Shown here one piece after another: positions 16,268 to 23,702 of a stretch of DNA of 24,000 bases. The first letter of the stretch is position 1; each line of letters starts with the position of its first letter. The position numbers were made by a program, and so were the translations under genes. The notes under the pieces were generated by a model. The model made no database searches. It was not told the origin of the DNA and was given only the letters and a program-made list of their open reading frames with translations. Source of the DNA: Mycobacterium phage LilhomieP; the sequence record MK937612.1. One strand, written 5' to 3'.

Positions 16268-16650
16268 GCTGGGAAGACGATCAGGACTGGGTGCCAACGG
16301 ATCTCACTCCGATGGCGCTGGACCGACTGCTGGACCGCAACTCCTATCTGATGGACAAGTGGGACCGCATGATGTCCTGGCATATGGCGCAACGGAAGTG
16401 GCGTCACGACGAGTTCGTGAAGGCCGAAGCCGAGGCGGTTATGCGATACACCGGTCCTGCTACGAAAGCAAAGTACGCGGCGGCTGAGGATCCGAAGGTC
16501 GTCATGGCGCGGACGTATCTGTCCATCGCTGAGGCGCAGCTGGGCATCTGCGAGCGTCGACTGCACTCCCTGGAGCGCGAGGCGTTCAACCTGGGGATGC
16601 GAAACAAGGTACTGGACAAGGTCTACAACAACGGGGGCGGGAGCTACTAG
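16264..16650 (+). CDS. Hypothetical alpha-helical protein
   Basis: 128 aa, GTGA overlap with the protease gene; RTYLSIAEAQLGICERRLHSLEREAFNLGMRNKVL. Confidence 0.7.
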   Translation: MSWEDDQDWVPTDLTPMALDRLLDRNSYLMDKWDRMMSWHMAQRKWRHDEFVKAEAEAVMRYTGPATKAKYAAAEDPKVVMARTYLSIAEAQLGICERRLHSLEREAFNLGMRNKVLDKVYNNGGGSY

Positions 16651-16991
16651 TGAACGAAGAACAGCTTGTGAACGAGATCGGGTACAAGTTCCCGCTGCCG
16701 TTCATCCTGGCCGAGCAGCCCCGCATGATGTTGAACTTCATTGCGCTGCACAGCCATATCCCTGAGGCGTACCGCAACATGATCGCGATCTGGCTGCAGG
16801 AGTACAACGCGGCGCTGACCGAGTTCATGCTGGAGCACTACGGCGAAGACGGTGCCCACGAGGCGAACCTGTACGCCGAGGCGATGGCCGAGTGCTTCCT
16901 CGACGCGGTTGCCGCTGAGCGGGAGGCTGCCGACAAGCGCATGTTCGACGGCCTCGACAAGGAGATCTTCGGCGATGGCGTACCCGAGTAA
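16650..16991 (+). CDS. Hypothetical protein
   Basis: 113 aa, overlaps the previous stop by one base. Confidence 0.7.
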   Translation: MNEEQLVNEIGYKFPLPFILAEQPRMMLNFIALHSHIPEAYRNMIAIWLQEYNAALTEFMLEHYGEDGAHEANLYAEAMAECFLDAVAAEREAADKRMFDGLDKEIFGDGVPE

Positions 16992-17310
16992 CTCGCCATC
17001 CATCCCGGCGAAGGTCGCTGAGCTGGTGTACGCGGCGTTGGGCCACACCCTCAACCAGATCGACCAGCACGGCACCATCCCGATGGATATGCGCCGGAAC
17101 ATGCGGAAGGTGTTGCAGGCGTACGACCGTGACCGTACGGCGGCATTGAACCGGCGCGGTGTGCCGACTGCAGTGGTGCAGGAGTACAAGGCCGCTGCGG
17201 CGGCGAAGTTGGCCGAGTGGCTCGCGAAGCAGGCCGACAAGGTCGAGGTCGATGAGTCCGATTTCGAGCAGTGGGCAAAGGAGTTGAGCGGTGGCGACAT
17301 CGATTCTTAA
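16975..17310 (+). CDS. Hypothetical protein
   Basis: ATG 16975 (MAYPSNSPSIPAKVAELVYAALGHTLNQIDQHG...), trimmed from ORF 16852..17310. Confidence 0.7.
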   Translation: MAYPSNSPSIPAKVAELVYAALGHTLNQIDQHGTIPMDMRRNMRKVLQAYDRDRTAALNRRGVPTAVVQEYKAAAAAKLAEWLAKQADKVEVDESDFEQWAKELSGGDIDS

Positions 17311-17764
17311 GATCCGTGGCCCCTACGGGCCCGATGGTTCGCAGGGCGACGACGGTGTCGAGCTGTACAACGACGAGGTCGTCACGCCCTACGGCGTGCT
17401 GGGAACACTGCGATTGCGCCGCGAGGATGGCAAGCGGTTCATCACCCAGGCTGATGGTCTGATCCTGATCCGGCGCGGCTATCCCGCCGCGTGGACCGAA
17501 GAGTCGCTGGCTGGTGTTGAGATGCACGAGACGCCGTTCGGTGTGCAGCTGTTCAAGCTCACGGCCGAGAACGGCTTCGTCACCTACCGGCTGCTGGACG
17601 ACGATCTGCGCTGGGAAGACGAGTTCGACGGAATCGTCAGTACCGCAGCGGAGTACCAGCTGGCCATGCTGATCAAGTCCCAGTGGTTCGAGGTGTTCCC
17701 GCCGCCCGAGAAGTACCGGCATGAAGTCATCACCCGAGACCTGAAGTTGGTGGACCCGCAGTGA
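17291..17764 (+). CDS. Hypothetical protein
   Basis: 157 aa ORF in the packed forward operon. Confidence 0.7.
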   Translation: MATSILKIRGPYGPDGSQGDDGVELYNDEVVTPYGVLGTLRLRREDGKRFITQADGLILIRRGYPAAWTEESLAGVEMHETPFGVQLFKLTAENGFVTYRLLDDDLRWEDEFDGIVSTAAEYQLAMLIKSQWFEVFPPPEKYRHEVITRDLKLVDPQ

Positions 17765-17982
17765 TCATCTACTTCGCGCACGCTAAGAGCGAGTCGGGTG
17801 ACGACTACTACTTCGTCGGTAAGTCCGAGGCCGAGGTCAACATGCAGATCCTCGACATGGCGCGGATGGAGTGGGGTGACGACAATCCCGAGTTCGTGCC
17901 GGATCCGGAGTACGGCATTCACACCTACGACGACTGGCTGATGGACGGCTACCGGGTTCACATGGAGAAGTTCGAACTATGA
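17761..17982 (+). CDS. Hypothetical protein
   Basis: 73 aa, 4-nt overlaps on both sides. Confidence 0.7.
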   Translation: MIIYFAHAKSESGDDYYFVGKSEAEVNMQILDMARMEWGDDNPEFVPDPEYGIHTYDDWLMDGYRVHMEKFEL

Positions 17983-18242
17983 CCCAGACGATAGTGATGG
18001 ACGCGGACACCGCGCTGGCACAGGCGATTAAGCAGCGTGCGGCAAGCGGCGAGAACCATTACCTGGTTCTCAAGGACAGTTCGGGCCGTGTCATGTACTC
18101 CGGTGAGATCTTCCAGTTCTCCTGGACACCCGGTGGTGACACGACCGTGACGCTGCGGCAGACAGAGCAGGCGCTGGCTGAGTCGGTGGCACTGTTCGCC
18201 GACTCGAAGCGCGCTGAGTTTGAGCTGCGCGGCTTGCTGTGA
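17979..18242 (+). CDS. Hypothetical protein
   Basis: 87 aa, 4-nt overlap with the neighbouring genes. Confidence 0.7.
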   Translation: MTQTIVMDADTALAQAIKQRAASGENHYLVLKDSSGRVMYSGEIFQFSWTPGGDTTVTLRQTEQALAESVALFADSKRAEFELRGLL

Positions 18243-18469
18243 CGCCAAAGTGGTTGCAGCCGTGGCTGTATCGCGGCAAGCATCGCGGAGAGTTCCCGTA
18301 CCACTGCCCCGATGAGGTGTGCGTCCGGATCAAGTTCTGGCTCCACGGTTCACACGTGGTGATGGGCCGGGGCGTGAGCCATCGACCGGGAGCAGCGGCC
18401 TGGCGGCGCAACTGCGAGGCTTTGCTGCGGACTGATCCGAATGCGCCTTGGTGCCTCTATCGTGAATGA
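18239..18469 (+). CDS. Small Cys/His/Trp-rich hypothetical protein
   Basis: 76 aa; FPYHCPDEVCVRIKFWLHGSHVV...NCEALLRTDPNAPWC. Confidence 0.6.
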   Translation: MTPKWLQPWLYRGKHRGEFPYHCPDEVCVRIKFWLHGSHVVMGRGVSHRPGAAAWRRNCEALLRTDPNAPWCLYRE

Positions 18470-18860
18470 AAGACAATGCAGGGCAGAAGTTCTCGAACGG
18501 TGCGGAGGGTTGTGTGAGCGGTGCGGACGCGGTGGGCCAGTCACCATGCACCACCGGAAGAAGCGCGGCCAAGGCGGGCCCTGGGAACCCTGGAACATCG
18601 TCGCGCTATGCGGCCATGGAACAACTGGCTGCCACGGCTGGGTTGAAGCTAACCCCCTGGCAGCTCACGCTACTGGTTGGCATGTCCGACCCTGGGAAGA
18701 CCCGCGCAGTGTGCGCCCCACCCCAATATGGGAGACGGGGCTTCGAGACGGACCTGATGATCCTGGACGAGCTTCTGACCAGCAGAAACGCTTCCTGTAT
18801 TCACCCTCCGAGCCACCTTATTCTGAGTACGTCGAGCCGGAAGATTGGTTCGACATCTGA
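18462..18860 (+). CDS. HNH endonuclease
   Basis: GTG 18462 (MNERQCRAEVLERCGGLCERCGRGGPVTMHHRKKRGQGGPWEPWNIVALCG..HGWVEANPLAA), matching a CxxC...HH...N...H HNH layout. Confidence 0.85.
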   Translation: MNERQCRAEVLERCGGLCERCGRGGPVTMHHRKKRGQGGPWEPWNIVALCGHGTTGCHGWVEANPLAAHATGWHVRPWEDPRSVRPTPIWETGLRDGPDDPGRASDQQKRFLYSPSEPPYSEYVEPEDWFDI

Positions 18861-18880
18861 CCCCGAATGAAACGAGAGAC

Positions 18881-19327
18881 ATGGCCCTGACACTTCCTGT
18901 CGTCACCATCGAAGGCACCCTGACGGCCGACCCGACCCTGAACTTCACGCAGGGTGGCACTGCGGTGTCGAACATCACCATCGCGTGCAACACTCGCCGC
19001 AAGAACCCGCAGACCGATCAGTGGGAAGACGGCGACACCACGTTCATGCGTGGCACCATCTGGAAGCAGTTGGCGGAGAACGTCGCTGAGTCCCTCCGCA
19101 AGGGTGACCGTGTCCTCGCGCACGGCGTCCTGAAGCAGAAGGACTACGAGAAGGACGGCGTCAAGCGCACCGCCTACGAGCTGGACATCGAGGGCATCGG
19201 CCCGTCGCTGCGGTTCGCAACGGCGTCGGTGACCAAGAGTTCCGGTGGCTCCGGTGGAGGGGCCCGCCAGCAGCCCAAGGAGGATCCGTGGGGCGGCAGC
19301 TCCGATGACTGGGGCGGCGACTTCTGA
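18881..19327 (+). CDS. ssb: Single-stranded DNA-binding protein
   Basis: 148 aa; VVTIEGTLTADPTLNFTQGGTAVSNITIACNTRR...FMRGTIWKQLAENVAESLRKGDRVLAHGVLKQKDYEKDG OB-fold, ending DDWGGDF. Confidence 0.95.
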   Translation: MALTLPVVTIEGTLTADPTLNFTQGGTAVSNITIACNTRRKNPQTDQWEDGDTTFMRGTIWKQLAENVAESLRKGDRVLAHGVLKQKDYEKDGVKRTAYELDIEGIGPSLRFATASVTKSSGGSGGGARQQPKEDPWGGSSDDWGGDF

Positions 19328-19340
19328 TCTAGCTGGCGTG

Positions 19341-19380
19341 AAGGGCCGGTGCCGACCTGAGAACGGCACCGGCCCTTTGT
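19341..19380 (+). terminator. Intrinsic terminator downstream of ssb
   Basis: AAGGGCCGGTGCCG (19341-19354) pairs perfectly with CGGCACCGGCCCTT (19364-19377) over 14 bp, 9-nt loop, followed by TGTGTCT. Confidence 0.75.
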
Positions 19381-19407
19381 GTCTCATGATCACGACGAGG
19401 AGGAGCC

Positions 19408-19929
19408 ATGGCACGACTTACTGCTGCGCAGTTGCGCAAGAAACACCAGGACACCTTCGAGAAGTTCTGGGCGGCGTACCCGCGCCACACGCACATCACC
19501 GAAGCCCAAAAGGCGTGGGCCGACCTCATGGAGGAGGGCCGCGACGCCAACCAGATCGTCAGCGCTGCAAGGCGTTACGCCGCCAGCGTGGCCAACACGG
19601 ACATGAAGTACGTGCCAGGTCCCCACAACTGGCTGCGGGCAGGCCAATACGACGACGCGGACCTGTTCCAGGACGAGCGTCAGGCCCAGATCAACTGGCT
19701 CAAGCAGATGTGGAAGACCGCCAACGTCAAGGCCGTTGAAGACCGGTTCCACGTCACGATGCCGAAGAAGTACCCGCCCGAGGACATCACCGAACCGGAC
19801 GCCGTGGCGTTCTGGTACCGGACTCAGGCGCAAGCATGGATCTTCGAGATGTACAAGGAGAAGTACGAGAAGTGCCCGACGGCAACCAGCCAGCCTGCAA
19901 GTACGGAGCCTGCAACGACCCTGTTCTAG
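19408..19929 (+). CDS. Candidate replication initiator / helicase-loader-like protein
   Basis: 173 aa; FEKFWAAYPRHTHITEAQKAWADLMEEGRDANQIVSAARRYAAS...KYVPGPHNWLRAGQYDD pattern seen in phage replisome-organiser proteins; just upstream of the DnaB helicase. Confidence 0.55.
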   Translation: MARLTAAQLRKKHQDTFEKFWAAYPRHTHITEAQKAWADLMEEGRDANQIVSAARRYAASVANTDMKYVPGPHNWLRAGQYDDADLFQDERQAQINWLKQMWKTANVKAVEDRFHVTMPKKYPPEDITEPDAVAFWYRTQAQAWIFEMYKEKYEKCPTATSQPASTEPATTLF

Positions 19930-20360
19930 CTAGAGGGTTCTGCAAGCTGCACTACTACCGCAACCGCGACGGTAAGCCGATGGATGGCCCACGTCGGAGT
20001 TATAGCACCGGTCCCCGTGCGTGGACATACGAGCGGTTGGCAAGTGTTCCGATTACGTCAACTGGTGCACATCAGAGGGTGCGCCGTCTCTGGGGGTCGG
20101 CCAGCTTGTACCCGTGTGCGACTTGCGGTGGGCCAGCGAAAGATTGGGCCTACGACGGAACCGATCCAACCCACTACTACGAGCAGGGGCGTAAAGCGTG
20201 GAGTCACTTCTCGCGCTGGCCCGAGTTCTACATGCCGATGTGTAAACCGTGCCACTCCAATCACGACCGCCGTGCGGCGGCTGACGAGCTGCGCGAGTAC
20301 CGGCAGTGGAAGATGCGCAATCCCGGAAAGACGCTTGAAGACCTGGAAGGAGTGGCTTGA
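19872..20360 (+). CDS. HNH-like endonuclease with N-terminal Zn motif
   Basis: GTG 19872; CKYGACNDPVLARGFCKLHYYR followed by CATCGGPAKDWAYDG...FYMPMCKPCHSNHD. Confidence 0.75.
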   Translation: MPDGNQPACKYGACNDPVLARGFCKLHYYRNRDGKPMDGPRRSYSTGPRAWTYERLASVPITSTGAHQRVRRLWGSASLYPCATCGGPAKDWAYDGTDPTHYYEQGRKAWSHFSRWPEFYMPMCKPCHSNHDRRAAADELREYRQWKMRNPGKTLEDLEGVA

Positions 20361-21637
20361 GCGACCAGCCCGCCTACGACGAGCGTGCTGAACAGAGTGT
20401 TCTTGGCGCGATACTCCACAACCCAGATGTCTTTGGCGATCTGAAGAAGCTGAAGGCCGAGCACTTCTTCCTCCCGGCCCATGAGGTCATCTTTGCGACC
20501 CTGAGCCAGATGTACGTCGATGACCAGAAGATCGACTCGATCACGGTCTTCGCGAAGCTGTCTGAGAACCAGGATCTTCGCCGGGTCGGCGGGGCCCCTT
20601 ACCTGGCAGATCTGTTGCAGGCGTTCAAGTCTGCGCAGAACGTCAGCGCCTACGCTGACATCGTCATCGACAAGTGGCGGATCCGGCAGATCAACTCGCT
20701 GGGGCAGCGGTTCCAGACCATCTCGGCCAGCACCAACGACGTTGACTCCGCACTCGACGCGGCCCGCCGCTTCCTGGACGAGGTCGATGAGCAGCAGGAC
20801 ATGGATGCGGTCAACTTCCGCGACCTGTTCCAGATCTGGACCGAGGCCCAAGAGGACGACCGACCGGCCATCGAGACGCCGTTCATCGGTCTCAATGACC
20901 GTCTGGCAGGCGGATTCCACCGTCAGCGCCTCTACGTCATCGGTGCCCGTCCTGGCTGCGGTAAGACGATCCTGGGGGCCCAGTGCGCCCTGTACGCCGC
21001 GCAGATGCACCACAAGGCGCTGATCTTCTCCCTGGAGCTGTCCAAGGAGGATCTGATGGGCCGCATCCTGGCGTGTGGTGCCCGTGCCGACTATGGGCAG
21101 ATCACCGCGAAGCGCATGTCGACGGAGACGCTGGCGAAGGTGACGCGGTGGGCGAGTGCCGCCGCGAACCTGACTCTCGAGGTGGACGACCGGCCGGATC
21201 ACACCATCGAGTCCATCGCGCAGGCGTGCCGGATCAAGAAGCAGCGCGAGGGTCTGGACTTCGTCTTCATCGACTACCTGCAGTTGGTGGAGCAGTCGAA
21301 GGGGCAGAACCGTGTGGAGGCGGTTGACCACATGGCGGCGCGTGCCCGTCAGATCGCCCGAAAGCTGGACTGCGTGGTGGTCGTGGCCGCGCAGCTCAAC
21401 CGCAAGATCGAGGACAACGGTGGCAAGCCGCGCCTGCCGACCAAGTCCGATTTCCGTGAGTCCGGTGGCATCGAGCAGACCGCTGATGCCGCACTCGTCC
21501 TGTCACGACCGGTGGACGAGAACGGGGAGGAGGCCGACAAGATGCCCATGATGAACTTGACGCTTGTCAAGAACCGCACTGGCATGGAGGGAACCATGCA
21601 GCTGCGGGAGCGTTTCGACATGGCGATGTTCCAGTGA
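20357..21637 (+). CDS. dnaB: Replicative DNA helicase (DnaB family)
   Basis: TTG start; AEQSVLGAILHNPDVF, Walker A GARPGCGKT, Walker B VFIDYLQLVE, ESGGIEQTADAALVLSRP. Confidence 0.95.
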   Translation: MSDQPAYDERAEQSVLGAILHNPDVFGDLKKLKAEHFFLPAHEVIFATLSQMYVDDQKIDSITVFAKLSENQDLRRVGGAPYLADLLQAFKSAQNVSAYADIVIDKWRIRQINSLGQRFQTISASTNDVDSALDAARRFLDEVDEQQDMDAVNFRDLFQIWTEAQEDDRPAIETPFIGLNDRLAGGFHRQRLYVIGARPGCGKTILGAQCALYAAQMHHKALIFSLELSKEDLMGRILACGARADYGQITAKRMSTETLAKVTRWASAAANLTLEVDDRPDHTIESIAQACRIKKQREGLDFVFIDYLQLVEQSKGQNRVEAVDHMAARARQIARKLDCVVVVAAQLNRKIEDNGGKPRLPTKSDFRESGGIEQTADAALVLSRPVDENGEEADKMPMMNLTLVKNRTGMEGTMQLRERFDMAMFQ

Positions 21638-21978
21638 GCAAGCTGTGGCATCGAGCAGACGAATGGACCAATCACGCCCCTTGCGTGGGGAAGATCGACT
21701 TCATCATCGACCCCGACACACTGGGGCCGGATCGCACCGAGGTCGTCAAGGCCACCTGCGCGGCCTGTCCCGTGCGCCCCGAATGCATCGAGACGAACAC
21801 GAAGCCCGTCTCGGACTTCTGGAGGAAGGCGCTGCGGCCTTCGAACGGTATATGGGTCGCAGGGGAGTGGCTTCCGGAGCGTCAGAAGGTGTCGGAGGCG
21901 GTGCTGGAGACGACGCGGCAGATGCTGCTGGCCCGCCTTCCGGAGGAGCGCCGCAACCGGCCGGACCACATCCTGTGA
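21634..21978 (+). CDS. whiB: WhiB-family protein
   Basis: APC...CAACPVRPEC (C-x2-C-x5-C) plus GIWVAGEW. Confidence 0.8.
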   Translation: MSKLWHRADEWTNHAPCVGKIDFIIDPDTLGPDRTEVVKATCAACPVRPECIETNTKPVSDFWRKALRPSNGIWVAGEWLPERQKVSEAVLETTRQMLLARLPEERRNRPDHIL

Positions 21979-22163
21979 CCGACACAACAGTCCCAGATTT
22001 GGGAATTAGGTAGTGCGCGTGGTAAATGGCCTCATGTTTGCCTCTTCTGCAACGAGGCTTGTCGGTACCCGTCGGTACAGTCCTGACTCGCTGGTGACGG
22101 CCCGCCGCTACCCAATGTGACCCAGATGTAAACCTCCTCCCAGTCGGGAGCTGACCGAGAAAG

Positions 22164-22592
22164 TTGCTAAAAGTGGGCCGAAGCCGCAAGTCCGCAAAGG
22201 CGGCTGGCGCATCGTTCGAGCGCCTGATCGCAGATGGGCTACGAGATGCATTGGGTGACAAGAATATTCAGCGTGCTCCGCGCTGGGGAAGCGTCGACAA
22301 GGGCGACATCATCAACGTCCGCATCGACGGTCAAGATTTGGTTATACAGACTAAAGACGTTACTCGTTTGGACCTTCCTAAGGGTGTCGGAGACGCTAAA
22401 CTTCAAGCCGTGAATGCAGGGGCCCTCGCAGGCCTGTTCATCCACAAGCGCAAGGGAACCACTGACCCGATGAAGCAATGGGTTAGCTGTACCGTTGCGG
22501 AGCTAGTTGCACTGATCACCAAGGTTCCGGTACACGCCGGGGCTGTGGAAGGGAATGAAGGGAGGGCGGATGACCGCCACTCTGGAGAATGA
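22164..22592 (+). CDS. Hjc / PD-(D/E)XK-like nuclease
   Basis: 142 aa; KAAGASFERLIADGLRDALG...RWGSVDKGDIINVRIDGQDLVIQTKDV...ALAGLFIHKRKG matches the E...GD...(E/Q)xK layout of archaeal-type resolvases. The start (TTG 22164 or GTG 22173) is uncertain. Confidence 0.65.
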   Translation: MLKVGRSRKSAKAAGASFERLIADGLRDALGDKNIQRAPRWGSVDKGDIINVRIDGQDLVIQTKDVTRLDLPKGVGDAKLQAVNAGALAGLFIHKRKGTTDPMKQWVSCTVAELVALITKVPVHAGAVEGNEGRADDRHSGE

Positions 22593-23196
22593 CACCGACT
22601 TCGACTGGCGCACCCGTTCGGTGTGCGAGGCAGAAGACTTCGACATGACATTCGTGGATGTGGACGACCTGATCGAGCAGGGCGTCGAGCGTGACATGGC
22701 CAAGGACATCATCAAGCAGCACGATGATGCCGCCAAGGCTGTGTGTGATCGCTGCCCCGTCGTCGCCCAGTGCCTGAACCAGGCCATGGAGGACAACGAG
22801 GAGTACGGCGTGTGGGGCGGCAAGAACCCCGCCGAACGCAACCGCGAGCGTCACATCTGGCTGCAGATCCGTGGCATCCCGTCGCTGCCCGCCGATCTCG
22901 GTGAGGTCAAGGATCCCGATGCTCTCAGCTCAAACGCTGCGGCCAATGCGAAGTTGACCCGCCGCAACGAGCGGGCCCGCATCGCGCGGGATCTGCTGCT
23001 GATGCAGCCCGCCGACTGGACCAACACCACGCGGTCCTCCGGTACCCACACCCGCGAGCAGTACCTGGCGGTGATGGACATGATCCTGGCGAACCCGGCC
23101 TCGACGGCTGAGGTGATCGCGAACCGGATCGGTCGCCGGGGTGAGTACATCAACTCGATGCTCCGCGAGGTCTGCAAGGCCCTCGAGGTCAACTAG
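22570..23196 (+). CDS. whiB: WhiB-family protein with C-terminal HTH-like extension
   Basis: ATG 22570 after AGGGAGGG; SVCEAED...AVCDRCPVVAQC...EYGVWGG WhiB core, then a ~110-aa extension ending TAEVIANRIGRRGEYINSMLREVCKALEV. Confidence 0.85.
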   Translation: MTATLENDTDFDWRTRSVCEAEDFDMTFVDVDDLIEQGVERDMAKDIIKQHDDAAKAVCDRCPVVAQCLNQAMEDNEEYGVWGGKNPAERNRERHIWLQIRGIPSLPADLGEVKDPDALSSNAAANAKLTRRNERARIARDLLLMQPADWTNTTRSSGTHTREQYLAVMDMILANPASTAEVIANRIGRRGEYINSMLREVCKALEVN

Positions 23197-23202
23197 CTCT
23201 GC

Positions 23203-23254
23203 CACCAAAGGGCGGGATGTAGGTCTTCGGATCTGCCTCCCGCCCTTGGTGTTT
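23203..23254 (+). terminator. Strong terminator downstream of the second WhiB gene
   Basis: CACCAA(A)GGGCGGGA (23203-23217) pairs with TCCCGCCCTTGGTG (23238-23251) with one bulged A; an inner AGGTC-TTCG-GATCT tetraloop hairpin (23221-23234); TTT follows. Confidence 0.8.
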
Positions 23255-23326
23255 CATCGCCACGGACGTGTGTGCGTTTGTATTGATACAATGAGGTTGC
23301 CAGGAGTTGAGCCTCGCTCCTCCGGT

Positions 23327-23390
23327 ACCCCCGTGGATGATTCTGTGACGCCGTCCGACGCGCCTGCCCACGGGGGTTCTACTTTTTCTA
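23327..23390 (+). terminator. Second terminator-like or long-loop hairpin
   Basis: ACCCCCGTGG (23327-23336) and CCACGGGGGT (23368-23377) are perfectly complementary, followed by TCTACTTTTTCT. Confidence 0.5.
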
Positions 23391-23453
23391 GGCTCTGACC
23401 TGGGAAAAGCTTCCTGTAATCACCCCTTTTGAAGCCGTACCGTATTACTCGGT

Positions 23454-23702
23454 ATGAGCGAACAATGTTGGGGCGGCACCCTTTCAAGCGACGGCCGAAT
23501 CCAAGTTCTCGAAAATGAGCTGGCTGAAGCGCGTGCGCGTGCGAACAATGCGGAGCGCAAGCTGGCTGCGGTCATCGACCTGGTGGACCGGTGGATGCGG
23601 GACTACGGGCCCGGTACTCGCACCGAGGAAATTCTTGGGCCGCAGAAAGTTTCGGTTGCATTCGTTCACCGCTCGATCAAGGAGACGGCCAACGATGCGT
23701 GA
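23454..23702 (+). CDS. Hypothetical coiled-coil-like protein
   Basis: 82 aa; RIQVLENELAEARARANNAERKLAAVIDLVDRW. Confidence 0.75.
   Translation: MSEQCWGGTLSSDGRIQVLENELAEARARANNAERKLAAVIDLVDRWMRDYGPGTRTEEILGPQKVSVAFVHRSIKETANDA

Noticed and set aside
18466-18870. Alternative +1 frame ORF over the HNH gene
   Set aside because: The HNH frame has conserved Cys/His motifs and good coupling; the alternative has none.
20261-21331. 356-aa antisense ORF across the helicase
   Set aside because: Lies opposite a clear DnaB gene with Walker motifs. Its Leu/Arg/Val-rich composition is typical of a shadow frame in high-GC DNA.
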